Positions 1 through 9,269 of a DNA stretch of 64,000 nt are shown here, in pieces. The DNA is from a virus: IMG/VR virus record IMGVR_UViG_3300035698_009252, positions 32,001-96,000 of that record; one strand, given 5' to 3'. The notes under the pieces were generated by a model. It was not told the DNA's origin and made no database searches. It saw only the letters and a list, made by a program, of their open reading frames with translations. The position numbers were made by a program, and so were the translations under genes. Within the stretch, counting starts at the first letter, position 1. Each line of letters begins with the position of its first letter.

Positions 1-175
1 TATGGGCCAAGAACCGCTCAACCTGAATGCCGGACATATAGTCGTAGCCATCCCGCGTGAGGATGTCCTGGGTAATAACCTTGCCCTCCAAGGCTTTTAT
101 CTCAAGGGCCTGCGCCAGTGCACGAGCCAAAGAACTCTTACCAGTCCCCGCGCATCCCATTATTCCGATTTTCAT
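1..175 (-). CDS. P-loop nucleotide kinase/ATPase (runs off the left edge)
   Basis: Not in ORF track; manual translation MKIGIMGCAGTGKSSLARALAQAL... has an N-terminal Walker A (GxxGxGKS); ATG overlaps the upstream stop (ATGA). Confidence 0.75.
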   Translation of the reverse strand, partial: MKIGIMGCAGTGKSSLARALAQALEIKALEGKVITQDILTRDGYDYMSGIQVERFLAH

Positions 176-753
176 TTTTGGCTCCTGAGAATCAATACGA
201 TATCCGGCTCACTCGACCATACATCTTCCAAACAATAACCCCTTTTCTCAAACAACTCAAGCATCCATAAATCAAGATGAATGCGTTCACCATGAATTCG
301 GTAATCCCTGGCGATGGCGCAAACCAGACCGCCATGTGCAATACGAGTCTCGGCTTGGTCCATCACCATCCCCAAACTACGCAAATAGTTAGCCCTATGC
401 ATGTTCAGGACCACGTCCCTCGGGTTATCCAACGCAGGGGCAGAGGCGTAATAGGGAGGATGGAATAGAACTCCGCCGATATCACGGTCCGGCCCAGTGA
501 CTGTTGAATCGGCAGCCACAATACGGCTATCTATGGGATTGAGGGTTTGAGACAGAAGTTGAATGCCAATTTCTTCAGCAAAATCCAGGAACCAGCTCCT
601 TCCAACACGACCCGCAAATGGCTCCCAGATGACCGGCTCCCCCTCTTCTTCCAAGACAACCCCCACAAACTCTTCAAAGATAACAGGATTCATCTGGGAC
701 GCAGCCAGGCTGTAACCACCTTCATCCCGAAGAATGGTTGCAACGCGCCTCAT
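172..753 (-). CDS. putative amino-(N6A/N4C) DNA methyltransferase
   Basis: WEPFAG (SAM-binding motif I-like) and FHPPYY (motif IV-like); start placed at ATG 753. Confidence 0.6.
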   Translation of the reverse strand: MRRVATILRDEGGYSLAASQMNPVIFEEFVGVVLEEEGEPVIWEPFAGRVGRSWFLDFAEEIGIQLLSQTLNPIDSRIVAADSTVTGPDRDIGGVLFHPPYYASAPALDNPRDVVLNMHRANYLRSLGMVMDQAETRIAHGGLVCAIARDYRIHGERIHLDLWMLELFEKRGYCLEDVWSSEPDIVLILRSQK

Positions 754-770
754 CTCGTAATACGTCTTCT

Positions 771-1715
771 TCACACCAACCGAGCAGCTTCTTTTAGCAG
801 GCTTGCAAACCCCCACTCCAAAAAGAATGCCTTCAAAGCGTCCACGTCTTTCGGTGGACAACGGGGTTTGGGGACTTCGGGCAAGATGTCCATCTGCTTG
901 AGAGACTTGGCCAACCGGAGCCGGGGTATCTGGTCGAGAAGCACTTGCTCCTTTTTGCCTCGTTTCGGCTTGCTTTCAATGAAGGCTATGATGGCGTCAA
1001 TGTCGCCGTGCTCCATTACGTACTGGCAAGCCGTTTTCGGTCCCCACCCGTCCACACCAAAGATGTTATCCTTGGAGGGGCCGATTTCACCCATAAGGGC
1101 ACCCGCATCCACCCATAAGTGAGGCGCAAAGCCGAACTCCAACTCAAAACGTTGATTGCTCCAAATCTCCTTTTTCATCGCGTCATAGACAATGGTGTTG
1201 GCATCCATAATCTGCATGAAGTCCTTGTCTGTAGACACAACCACGCTGTCAGCGTCCCAGTCGGCATACGTCCGGGCATACGTGTAGATGATATCGTCCG
1301 CCTCAGCACCCGGCACCGCCACCTCAAGGCAACGCACCAGTGGCAAGCCGTACAGAAGTTCCCGCATCTGTTCCCGGAAGCTAACCATATCAGGGTCGTC
1401 CTTCTTCTCTTCCTGGGCTTCCTTGCGGGGTTGCTTATACGACGATGGGATAAGCCCAGTCTCTACGGCAGCCTGGGATTCATTCAACCGCCGCTCGTAT
1501 CCACGGTCCCAACAAATGACCCGAAAGTGTTCCGGGTACTTCTTGTGAAGGTGAATGAGTTGCCGGAAGAACCCAAAAATCATATTCACCTCCTTGCCGT
1601 GATGAGACAAGGAAGCGACAGATGTTCCATCGGGCCTTCGTTTGCGACCGGCCCAGAAGACCCGATGGGCCATGTTGTTTCCGTCAATCAGTAGTAATTT
1701 GGGGCCATTAGGCAT
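771..1715 (-). CDS. 5'-3' exonuclease / flap endonuclease (Pol I N-terminal-like)
   Basis: LLLIDGNN, EADDII, STDKDFMQ, and KDNIFGVDGWGPKTA helix-hairpin-helix motifs. Confidence 0.92.
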   Translation of the reverse strand: MPNGPKLLLIDGNNMAHRVFWAGRKRRPDGTSVASLSHHGKEVNMIFGFFRQLIHLHKKYPEHFRVICWDRGYERRLNESQAAVETGLIPSSYKQPRKEAQEEKKDDPDMVSFREQMRELLYGLPLVRCLEVAVPGAEADDIIYTYARTYADWDADSVVVSTDKDFMQIMDANTIVYDAMKKEIWSNQRFELEFGFAPHLWVDAGALMGEIGPSKDNIFGVDGWGPKTACQYVMEHGDIDAIIAFIESKPKRGKKEQVLLDQIPRLRLAKSLKQMDILPEVPKPRCPPKDVDALKAFFLEWGFASLLKEAARLV

Positions 1716-2868
1716 CTTGCACTTCCACTACTGCTGGTGTGTCGATGGCATCCTGGTCCACAGTATCCGCTACCGGCGTCCTTGTAGGCCGCTTGACTTC
1801 CTTGCCTGCGGTTTTCTTATTGTCGACCACCGTCGGGGCATCTTTCGCCCCGCCAGCCAACAGCGCCTTGTGAGCCTCCAAAGCCGTGCGAATCTTTTCT
1901 GTCATTTTCTCGTCCTGACGCATCATGTCCAGAACGTAAGCGCGGCCCTGTCCAAGCTGTTCGCCGTCATACGAGAACCACGAACCACGCCTCACAACCA
2001 AATCGTAAGAAATGGCGTCGTCGAGAATGGCCGCAACGGTATCAATTCCAATGCCATAGGTGATACAGAACTCTGCCACCCGGAACGGAGGGGCAACCTT
2101 GTTTTTCTTCACCTCGGCCTTGGTCTTGGAGGAAACAATAACGTCCCCTTCCTTGATAACCCCCGTGCGGACAAAACGGACACGAATGGAAGCATAATGC
2201 TTGAGAGCGTGACCCGCCGGAGTTGTCTCCGGGCTGCCCCACTTTACCCCAATCTTTTCACGGACCTGATTCGTCCAGATAATTGAGGCTTGGCGACGAC
2301 CGGCTTCCGTGGTCAACCTGCGAAGGGCTGCCGACATCATACGGGCTTGTGCACCCACCTGGACGTCACCAATATCACCTTCCAGCTCTTCCTTTGTGGT
2401 CAAGGCTGCCACCGAGTCGACAACCATAAGGCCCACGCCTTGCTTGACCAGCTTGTCAAGCACGTTCAGGGCCTGAACACCGTGTTCCGGCTGATTGACG
2501 ATAAGGAAGCGGGTATCCACACCGATTGCCTGGGCATACTCCTCGTCAAAGGCATACTCCGAGTCAATGAGCCCTACGTCCTCGTTAGGAAACAGCCGTT
2601 GGTGCCCGGCAATTGCATGCAAAGCTGCCGTGGTCTTGCCTCCCATTTCCGGCCCATAGAACTCAATAAATCGGCCTTTCGGCCATCCACCGCCCGTGGC
2701 ATCATCCAACTGGGGACAACCAGACGGCCATCGGGTAATAGACACGGTATCCCGCGACCCGAGCCATGTAACAGCGTTGTGGTCTTCCCCACCAAAGTCG
2801 CCGTTGTTTATCGCCCCACATATCCGGGAGATTCTTTCTTCTCGGGTTTCTTCTTTCTTCTTAGCCAT
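1708..2868 (-). CDS. recA: RecA recombinase
   Basis: GPEMGGKTT Walker A, VVDSVAAL, QARMMSAALR, NQVREKIGV, KNKVAPPF. Confidence 0.97.
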   Translation of the reverse strand: MAKKKEETREERISRICGAINNGDFGGEDHNAVTWLGSRDTVSITRWPSGCPQLDDATGGGWPKGRFIEFYGPEMGGKTTAALHAIAGHQRLFPNEDVGLIDSEYAFDEEYAQAIGVDTRFLIVNQPEHGVQALNVLDKLVKQGVGLMVVDSVAALTTKEELEGDIGDVQVGAQARMMSAALRRLTTEAGRRQASIIWTNQVREKIGVKWGSPETTPAGHALKHYASIRVRFVRTGVIKEGDVIVSSKTKAEVKKNKVAPPFRVAEFCITYGIGIDTVAAILDDAISYDLVVRRGSWFSYDGEQLGQGRAYVLDMMRQDEKMTEKIRTALEAHKALLAGGAKDAPTVVDNKKTAGKEVKRPTRTPVADTVDQDAIDTPAVVEVQDA

Positions 2869-2879
2869 AACAATTCCTT

Positions 2880-2909
2880 AAAAAGAAGGGGCAGCCCGAA
2901 GGCTGCCCC
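2880..2909 (-). terminator. intrinsic terminator
   Basis: GGGGCAGCC-TTCG-GGCTGCCCC followed by TTCTTTT on the minus strand. Confidence 0.85.
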
Positions 2910-2913
2910 ATAG

Positions 2914-3120
2914 TCACAACAACTCCACTCCGGCCTTCTCTGCGCACTTCTCGCGCAATGGGCACTCCCTGCACTCCGAGTGTTCGGGCTGAATAGTGCC
3001 AAAACACATATAGTCTTCCGGTTTTGCCTTGGAGAAGTCATAGTCAGCGCCCGGCTTGGGTGTTGCCTTTGCCTCCTCCGTAGTCGACCTCCCCTCCGGC
3101 GCGGGAGAGGCCGGAATCAG
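2914..3120 (-). CDS. -1 frameshift extension of the SSB gene, ending in a Cys4 motif
   Basis: A_AAA_AAC slippery site then a predicted pseudoknot; the -1 frame is open for 68 codons, LIPASPAPEG...YMCFGTIQPEHSECRECPLREKCAEKAGVELL*, and stops just before the terminator. Confidence 0.7.
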   Translation of the reverse strand: MIPASPAPEGRSTTEEAKATPKPGADYDFSKAKPEDYMCFGTIQPEHSECRECPLREKCAEKAGVELL

Positions 3121-4133
3121 TTTTTTTCCGGTCCCCCTTCGACCGGCGTGCGTGTTATCTTCTTGGCGGGTACTGTCCCGGCCAACAAGGAGTCGTCATC
3201 GACCTCATCCTCGGCGACGGCGGCCTTTACGGCTGCTTCCTCGGCATCTGTCGGGGCGGCATCTGCCGGAACGGCATCTACCGGGGCACTCACGGCTGCT
3301 GGTGCTGCGGCGGGTGCTTCCTCCTCCGGGGCCTCGTTGATTTCGAGCAGGTCCCTGTAGTCGGAATGTAAGGCGTCGATGATGCGGGACACCTCAACGT
3401 ACTTGCCGCAAATGACTTTCAGGTCATGCCGCGTGAGTTGCTTTTCCTCATCCGTGAGAGGCGTCACCTTCGCCGAAGGCGGCTTCGTGTTCTTGTCAAT
3501 CACGGCCTGCGCCGAGTACGCCGTACGCGTCCCGTTGTGGCCCTTATTGACACAGATGTCCAGCCCTTCCTCCACGTCGGAGATGTCAAAGCCCATCTGG
3601 TCAAAGATGCCTTCGATGTCGTCCCACGCTTCCATGCCAATGCTGGCAATCTTGAAGCCGAGCACTTTCTGCTCGTTGCCGTCTTCCACGGACAGGACAA
3701 ACGGGTCGTCCCGGTCGAGGATGTTCCACTTCAATTGCGTGCGGGCGTTGCAATCCCGACGCAGCTTCTCGAAGATTTTCTTCTCCTCTTCGGTGCATTC
3801 GTCCTTGAGGACCTCATGGGCAATCTTGTTGAGGCGGCAAATGGGGCATCCGCCGCGCTTGCCTTCCTCCGCCTGGATATCCCAATCCAAACAGTTGATT
3901 ACCTGGGGCATCTTGTCGCTGCCCGTAAATGCCACCGGCTGGCACAACCCCCGCTCTGACCGCTTGGGTGCCGGAGCGATGAAGTGTGTCTTGGTCTCAA
4001 GGAATTCTCCCGCCAGCCGGACGATATTCTCGCCGTCCTTCCAGGTGTGAAAAATACCCCTCAACCTGCTTCCGCCGCCGCCCTTTGGACGACTAGCCCT
4101 AAGTTTCCTGATTTTATCTACTGTCGTGCTCAT
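3117..4133 (-). CDS. single-stranded DNA-binding protein (T4 gp32-like)
   Basis: ENIVRL, CPIC, GLDICVNKGHNGTRTAYS, acidic Ala/Pro-rich tail; lies between recA and a UvsY-like gene. Confidence 0.7.
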   Translation of the reverse strand: MSTTVDKIRKLRASRPKGGGGSRLRGIFHTWKDGENIVRLAGEFLETKTHFIAPAPKRSERGLCQPVAFTGSDKMPQVINCLDWDIQAEEGKRGGCPICRLNKIAHEVLKDECTEEEKKIFEKLRRDCNARTQLKWNILDRDDPFVLSVEDGNEQKVLGFKIASIGMEAWDDIEGIFDQMGFDISDVEEGLDICVNKGHNGTRTAYSAQAVIDKNTKPPSAKVTPLTDEEKQLTRHDLKVICGKYVEVSRIIDALHSDYRDLLEINEAPEEEAPAAAPAAVSAPVDAVPADAAPTDAEEAAVKAAVAEDEVDDDSLLAGTVPAKKITRTPVEGGPEKN

Positions 4134-4211
4134 TCCTACTGCCTCCTTGGCCTTTATTGCCTTTTCGCCTTAACAGCGCCTACGCTGCCTCACAACTACC
4201 TACTATACTCC

Positions 4212-4856
4212 TCATCCAACCTGCCGTGCCCGATTTTTTCGGATGACCTGCCGAACTCTATCCATCCGGGATGATGATAACTCTCCCGGCGTACTCCTGC
4301 CTCCTCCTTTCTCCTTGTCGTCACCCATGATGCTTCCGCTTCCACTCCGCCGTTCATCGCTATCGATGGAGACGTACTCCCTCAACGAGAATGACTTCTG
4401 CTTCCACGCCTCGCACCACACATCCAAAGTGTCATACTCTTCCCGTGCCTTGTCTTCTCTGGCTTCCCACTTCTCAATCTCGGGCTCATTGTCCACGATA
4501 AATCGGGCTTTTACGTCTTCAACTTTGATGTTTGATTTCGCGGTTGTGCCCGACTCAACTGCTGCCTTGGCCAGCGCGTATTGCTTTTTCTCCCACCGGT
4601 CCTTGGCTCTATGGATATTGTCAAAACGCCTCTTTGCTGCTTTCTTGAGGGTGAGGAAGTATGCCATTGCTGCGGGCTGCATGGCTACGTGCTGGTCAAG
4701 CGAGCCCTTCGTTATGTCAAGAAGGTCCCGATGTGCCATTTCCAACTTGATACCGGAAAGTTCTACATCCCCCAACCCGTCACATGTCGCCGCGATATTC
4801 TTAAGTACTGTCATTCTCTGCCTCCTTGCCTTCTGTTGCCCATTTTGCCGATTCAC
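4212..4856 (-). CDS. UvsY-like recombination mediator
   Basis: Helical protein with KVEDVKARFI...WKQKSFSLRE pattern; next to SSB and recA. Confidence 0.55.
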   Translation of the reverse strand: MNRQNGQQKARRQRMTVLKNIAATCDGLGDVELSGIKLEMAHRDLLDITKGSLDQHVAMQPAAMAYFLTLKKAAKRRFDNIHRAKDRWEKKQYALAKAAVESGTTAKSNIKVEDVKARFIVDNEPEIEKWEAREDKAREEYDTLDVWCEAWKQKSFSLREYVSIDSDERRSGSGSIMGDDKEKGGGRSTPGELSSSRMDRVRQVIRKNRARQVG

Positions 4857-5526
4857 GCTCGAATGTTTCTATACGCCTTCTGAACTCACCCAATATTATA
4901 CGCTTGGAGCCGTACCCGGTGAGCAAGTTTTTTACCTCTTCGCGTTTTTTTTCGTTCCCGGCCTCTTTTGCCGTCCTCAAAAGGACACGTCCGCGACTAA
5001 TCAGAGCCATCCCCTCTTTGCGATTCAGCTCTTCGCGGTGCCGTTTCTTCATTTTGTCCCGGTTTGCAAACCTGAACTTTTCTATTACAAAATTGCTGCA
5101 CGCTTGCTTGATGTTCGGCGGACAGAACTTGGGATTTTCAATGTAAAAGTCCTCAAACGCCCACTCCAGGAACTCGTCAATGGTGAACCCATCAACCTCA
5201 AGACCCGCGACTGTCTGGTTTATCAACCGGCTATCGACAGGCGTAATGGAATGAACGTACTCGTAATCCGTAAACTGTAAATACCGGGACTTAAAGATGA
5301 CGATGAACCGTCGACGGTCCTTATCCGCCTTTTTCTTTGGAGAAATTTTGTGGGTCTCCTCAAAGACTTGCCGGTCACAAGCATCCGTCAGAAGCTCTAC
5401 GTAATGATAGATTTCCGGCACCTTGTCTATTCCCATCTGCCGAGCCAATATACAGACAGTTGTCTCGAACCCGCTAACGGGGCTCTCTGGTACCGGATTC
5501 CTCGTCTTGACATCTTTTTTGTTCAT
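4801..5526 (-). CDS. hypothetical protein
   Basis: 241-aa ORF overlapping both neighbours in the operon. Confidence 0.7.
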   Translation of the reverse strand: MNKKDVKTRNPVPESPVSGFETTVCILARQMGIDKVPEIYHYVELLTDACDRQVFEETHKISPKKKADKDRRRFIVIFKSRYLQFTDYEYVHSITPVDSRLINQTVAGLEVDGFTIDEFLEWAFEDFYIENPKFCPPNIKQACSNFVIEKFRFANRDKMKKRHREELNRKEGMALISRGRVLLRTAKEAGNEKKREEVKNLLTGYGSKRIILGEFRRRIETFERESAKWATEGKEAENDST

Positions 5527-5959
5527 AAATGTACCGCTTGACCCTTTTTACCAGGGCATCGTCCTTGTCAAAAAGCAACGGGAGAAGGGAATCTGCGTTT
5601 CCCGACCGACGCAACATGGAAATGGCCTCCTCCCGGACAAGGCCATCCTCGGAGCTAATCATTCTTCCAAGAGCCATGGCCCCCTCTCCTCGTTCTCCAA
5701 AAACGTGAAGCATCTCCCGCAAAACGACAGAATCTTTCTCCCTTAATGCGGCATCCAGAAGAGGCGTAACATCTCCCAATTTTCCAATAATCCTCGCAAC
5801 AGCCCGACGAGTCATCGAGTCCCCCGAGCCAAAGTGCTTGGCCAAGAACTGCACGTTGACATTCTTACACCTTAACACGTCTCGGACATGCCGCTCGGAA
5901 AGGGTTCCATCAGACATGGCCCGGTCACAAGCTATCACGGCTCTCTCAGCAAATCCCAC
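5474..5959 (-). CDS. HEAT-repeat-like protein
   Basis: Repeated D-x-x-(V/T)-R-x-x-A helices (DSMTRRAVA, DSVVLREML, DGLVREEAI, DALVKRVK). Confidence 0.65.
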   Translation of the reverse strand: MGFAERAVIACDRAMSDGTLSERHVRDVLRCKNVNVQFLAKHFGSGDSMTRRAVARIIGKLGDVTPLLDAALREKDSVVLREMLHVFGERGEGAMALGRMISSEDGLVREEAISMLRRSGNADSLLPLLFDKDDALVKRVKRYIYEQKRCQDEESGTREPR

Positions 5960-6959
5960 GTGTAATACTCCTCAGTGCTCGCCAGAACAAATCGTCCACT
6001 TCCCCTTCAAGGTTCTTATACTCCTCAACCAGCTTTTCCTGCGTGGTAATTCCTTGTTCGTACAAAAAAGAAGCCCGGCCCTTGTTGATACCGGGGAGTC
6101 GGCACAACGGAACCAGGTGAGATGGAATCCCGCGCTTACACCTCCAGCCCAGTTCATCAAGAAAAGCGCCCTTACCCCACTTCATCACCTTGTTCAAATC
6201 ACACAATGCTTGACAAATACGCTCACTATCGCGCCTGAGTGCGAGAGCCTGATTCCGCATCTTGCCGACCGGGTGACCACCCAGAACGTACTTCCACAGT
6301 GTCGCGGTTACGAGTGTTCCCTTGGACTTTTTCAGAGCAGGAGGAATTGCGTTCCGGCACTCTTCTACAACACCCCAATACCCATCCCCGAAATCTCCGG
6401 CCATCCTGGTACAAGGAACCGTCCCCAAGGCCCATGCGACGGCCATATCATCTCCCTCCAGGCCCAGATTGAAGATGGTGTCAAAGTTATCCCTCCATGC
6501 CCAAATATCTGCCGGGTGGAAATAAAGCCGGACTGCAATCTGCCCCAAGGGAGTAATCTCTGTTTCTCGACCCTTCCGAACAACAGCCTTTACCTCCCGA
6601 AGCACCGAGAACACCTCGTCGAAATGGGGTTTTATTCCTTGTACAGACCCCAGGCTTCTCCGGTACCACGCATCCGCCGTTTTCTCATCCACAACCACTT
6701 GAGATTGTATCTCGGGTAGAACGTGAAAAGCCATTACCCCAGCATCTCCCAAGGAAGATATGACTTGGAAGCTTTCGCTGCTGTCCATCCCCTGCCGGAC
6801 ATCGTCTTCTAGTTCAGATTCAACGACAACCGTTGCGCGGCAGACGGCCCCACCATGCTTCCTGCCCCCTCGGCCCACCATCTGTTTGATTTCCGATACG
6901 GGGACAGCTTGCCTTGCACGTTTCGCCCCTACAACTATAACTCTATCTGCCACTACCAA
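5946..6959 (-). CDS. Hel308/Ski2-like helicase, C-terminal half
   Basis: Begins ADRVIV...EIKQMVGRGGR (motif VI); winged-helix-like TPLGQIAVRLYFHP; HhH-like LCRLPGINKGRASFLY. Confidence 0.82.
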   Translation of the reverse strand: MVVADRVIVVGAKRARQAVPVSEIKQMVGRGGRKHGGAVCRATVVVESELEDDVRQGMDSSESFQVISSLGDAGVMAFHVLPEIQSQVVVDEKTADAWYRRSLGSVQGIKPHFDEVFSVLREVKAVVRKGRETEITPLGQIAVRLYFHPADIWAWRDNFDTIFNLGLEGDDMAVAWALGTVPCTRMAGDFGDGYWGVVEECRNAIPPALKKSKGTLVTATLWKYVLGGHPVGKMRNQALALRRDSERICQALCDLNKVMKWGKGAFLDELGWRCKRGIPSHLVPLCRLPGINKGRASFLYEQGITTQEKLVEEYKNLEGEVDDLFWRALRSITRGIC

Positions 6960-7381
6960 TGCCTCGATTCACCCTCTGTCATTCCCACCATGTGTTGTCC
7001 TGCTGTGGCATAGACACCGTCGGGATGGTCACTGTCGGCCCCCAAACACAATTTCTCTTGCAGGCTCTTCTTGTTGGTCTCCCGGACATTCTCGACTCTT
7101 GTCATCCTGTCCTGTGCATCACCATAGCCGATCATCCCGAAAACAAGATGGATAGGAGTTGCCCACTCCATGAGGTCTAACAGCTTCTCCCTCCACCACC
7201 ATTGCCCCCAGATACCCAGGAAGTGCCTCCAGCCGCCAATACAGCGACACCAGTACCGAAGCCGGGTATACTTCCACCAATGTGAGAAGTCGCCTTCTAC
7301 GTGCCTGTAACACCCGCAGGGGCGTTGTTCTAACAGGTCAATCCAAGCCTGGGCATTCTCTACCGGCATCCAAGGCATCAA
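6953..7381 (-). CDS. hypothetical Trp-rich protein
   Basis: ORF overlapping the UDG gene and the helicase C-half. Confidence 0.45.
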   Translation of the reverse strand: MMPWMPVENAQAWIDLLEQRPCGCYRHVEGDFSHWWKYTRLRYWCRCIGGWRHFLGIWGQWWWREKLLDLMEWATPIHLVFGMIGYGDAQDRMTRVENVRETNKKSLQEKLCLGADSDHPDGVYATAGQHMVGMTEGESRHW

Positions 7382-7940
7382 GACTCTCCTTTACGACGAT
7401 TAACCCCTTCATAAACATCTTACTCTTCTCGGGATGGTTTGTGTTCACCGGACTTGGGTGAAGTAGCGGAATAATTGGGATGCCATACCGAATAGAGAGA
7501 ATCGGCTTGCCATGGTGCTTCATAATCCCATTCATGCCAGTGAGTTGCCGGAATGCCAGGGACCCCAAAGCAACAATCAGCCGAGGTTTCAGAATGGTCA
7601 CCTCCCGGTCGAGAAAGAAGCGGCAATTCTCCATCTCTGAGAGATTCGGCGGTCTATTCATCGGAGTGAAGCACCGTACGATATTGCTAACGTAAAAGTC
7701 TTTCCGAAAAAGCCCAACCTTCTCCGCAGCCTCATTGAAGAACTGGCCGGATACCCCCACAAATGGGATACCCTGTCCTACTTCGTCCCGGCCAGGATTC
7801 TGGCCAACAGCCATAACACGCGCCTGGGTGTTCATGTCAGAGAAGACATTGGACAGGTGCCCATTTATCATCTGCCCACCGACACTACACTTCTGGCAAT
7901 TGAGGCATTCGGCTTTTAGAGATTCGAGATTATCCAACAT
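7338..7940 (-). CDS. family-4 uracil-DNA glycosylase (4Fe-4S type)
   Basis: CxxC, VGQNPG, PFVGVSG, NIVRC..P.NRPP..E...C, LHPS. Confidence 0.9.
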   Translation of the reverse strand: MLDNLESLKAECLNCQKCSVGGQMINGHLSNVFSDMNTQARVMAVGQNPGRDEVGQGIPFVGVSGQFFNEAAEKVGLFRKDFYVSNIVRCFTPMNRPPNLSEMENCRFFLDREVTILKPRLIVALGSLAFRQLTGMNGIMKHHGKPILSIRYGIPIIPLLHPSPVNTNHPEKSKMFMKGLIVVKESLDALDAGRECPGLD

Positions 7941-8835
7941 TTACTCCTGCTCCCAATGTAGAGGTACTCACTAAAACATTCAGCCCCGATGTTCTATCGT
8001 TGAACGCATCTTCCATCTTCGCCCTGACTCCACTCTTGACTGATGCGTTATGAAATGCCGCCCGAATCCCAGCACCTCTCAGCTTTTTGACGATTGATGT
8101 TCCCGTTATCTTCGAGTGCACAAACACCAAGACCTTCCCCGACGACTCCCCAACCAAACGGACGGCCTCGTTTTCTTTTTCCTGATTGTCCCCCACAGGC
8201 AAATAGTCCACTTCTATCTTTGATGGCCTCCACGAACTCACGATACATTTGGTTTGCTTCCCGTTGAGAGTCTTCACCCATCGGGCCAACTCCATCGCGT
8301 TACCCATCGTTGCCGATAGCAAAACGAGCCGGACGGATGGGTTGATAGATGTAAGTCTCATCATTGACACCTCTACGGCCCCTCCCCTGCTCTTGTCATT
8401 CATCAAATGTGCCTCGTCATAGACAACACAAGACAGGCTTCTCATCCAACTCCGATAGGCCCTAGAACGGGTCTTCGCGTCGAAAGATTCACATGTCACA
8501 ACAGCGAGCCGTGCCGCTTCGTGGTCTTCCACCCCGGAACGCGAATCGGTAGACGACAGGACAACGCCATCGCCGTTAAGCTGTGGATTGTCCTTCCACT
8601 CCTGAAACTTCTCAGAGGCCAGACTTTTGAATGGGCACACGTAGGCAACCCGGCAATCCGCCCCCGTCTGGAGGTGAAAGCCGAAGCAACACTCCGCGAG
8701 CACAGTCTTCCCCGCCGCCGTAGCGAAGGACACAACGAGATTTACATCCTCATCCAAGAATGGCACAACCGCCTGTTGCGCCACGTTGTATTCTGCGAAG
8801 GGCGGCGTATAGTAAGAGAACGCCGTCGATTTCAT
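7930..8835 (-). CDS. Hel308/Ski2-like DExH helicase, N-terminal half
   Basis: Q motif, ATAAGKT, PFKSLASEK, YDEAH, LSAT, and STSTLGAGVN (motif V) right at the C-terminus. Confidence 0.9.
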   Translation of the reverse strand: MKSTAFSYYTPPFAEYNVAQQAVVPFLDEDVNLVVSFATAAGKTVLAECCFGFHLQTGADCRVAYVCPFKSLASEKFQEWKDNPQLNGDGVVLSSTDSRSGVEDHEAARLAVVTCESFDAKTRSRAYRSWMRSLSCVVYDEAHLMNDKSRGGAVEVSMMRLTSINPSVRLVLLSATMGNAMELARWVKTLNGKQTKCIVSSWRPSKIEVDYLPVGDNQEKENEAVRLVGESSGKVLVFVHSKITGTSIVKKLRGAGIRAAFHNASVKSGVRAKMEDAFNDRTSGLNVLVSTSTLGAGVNVG

Positions 8836-9260
8836 TACGATAGAGCCGCGAGAACCTCCTCCGCCTGCTCCACAGACTCGATGGAATCAAAGATTCTCTC
8901 GTAGTCCTTTGCCTCGATTTTCACGCGCCCGGTAGCGTTAGACTCCGTCACGAGCACCATCGTCTTGCCGTCTTTGACGAAGAAGTACCCAACGGCCTGC
9001 TTCCCGACTCTATCGGAACGGTCATACTTGCCCTCAAGGCTCTTAAGCAAATGCTTCAACGGCGAAATGGGCTCTTGTTCCTCCGTCCCGGCAGGTTGGG
9101 AATCCGCAGCACTTACAGGCTCTTCTGCGACAGACTCTCCACTCTCGCGTCTACCTGTAGAACGTTCGCATTCTTTCCTGATGTAACACCCCGCGCATTC
9201 CGGCGCAGACATGTCCCACATAACCCCGAAACAATCGGGCTGTTTACCTGCTGTTTCCAT
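8835..9260 (-). CDS. hypothetical protein with N-terminal Cys4 motif
   Basis: DCFGVMWDMSAPECAGCYIRKEC; AAGGAGG RBS. Confidence 0.7.
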   Translation of the reverse strand: METAGKQPDCFGVMWDMSAPECAGCYIRKECERSTGRRESGESVAEEPVSAADSQPAGTEEQEPISPLKHLLKSLEGKYDRSDRVGKQAVGYFFVKDGKTMVLVTESNATGRVKIEAKDYERIFDSIESVEQAEEVLAALS

Positions 9261-9269
9261 ATCTCCTCC

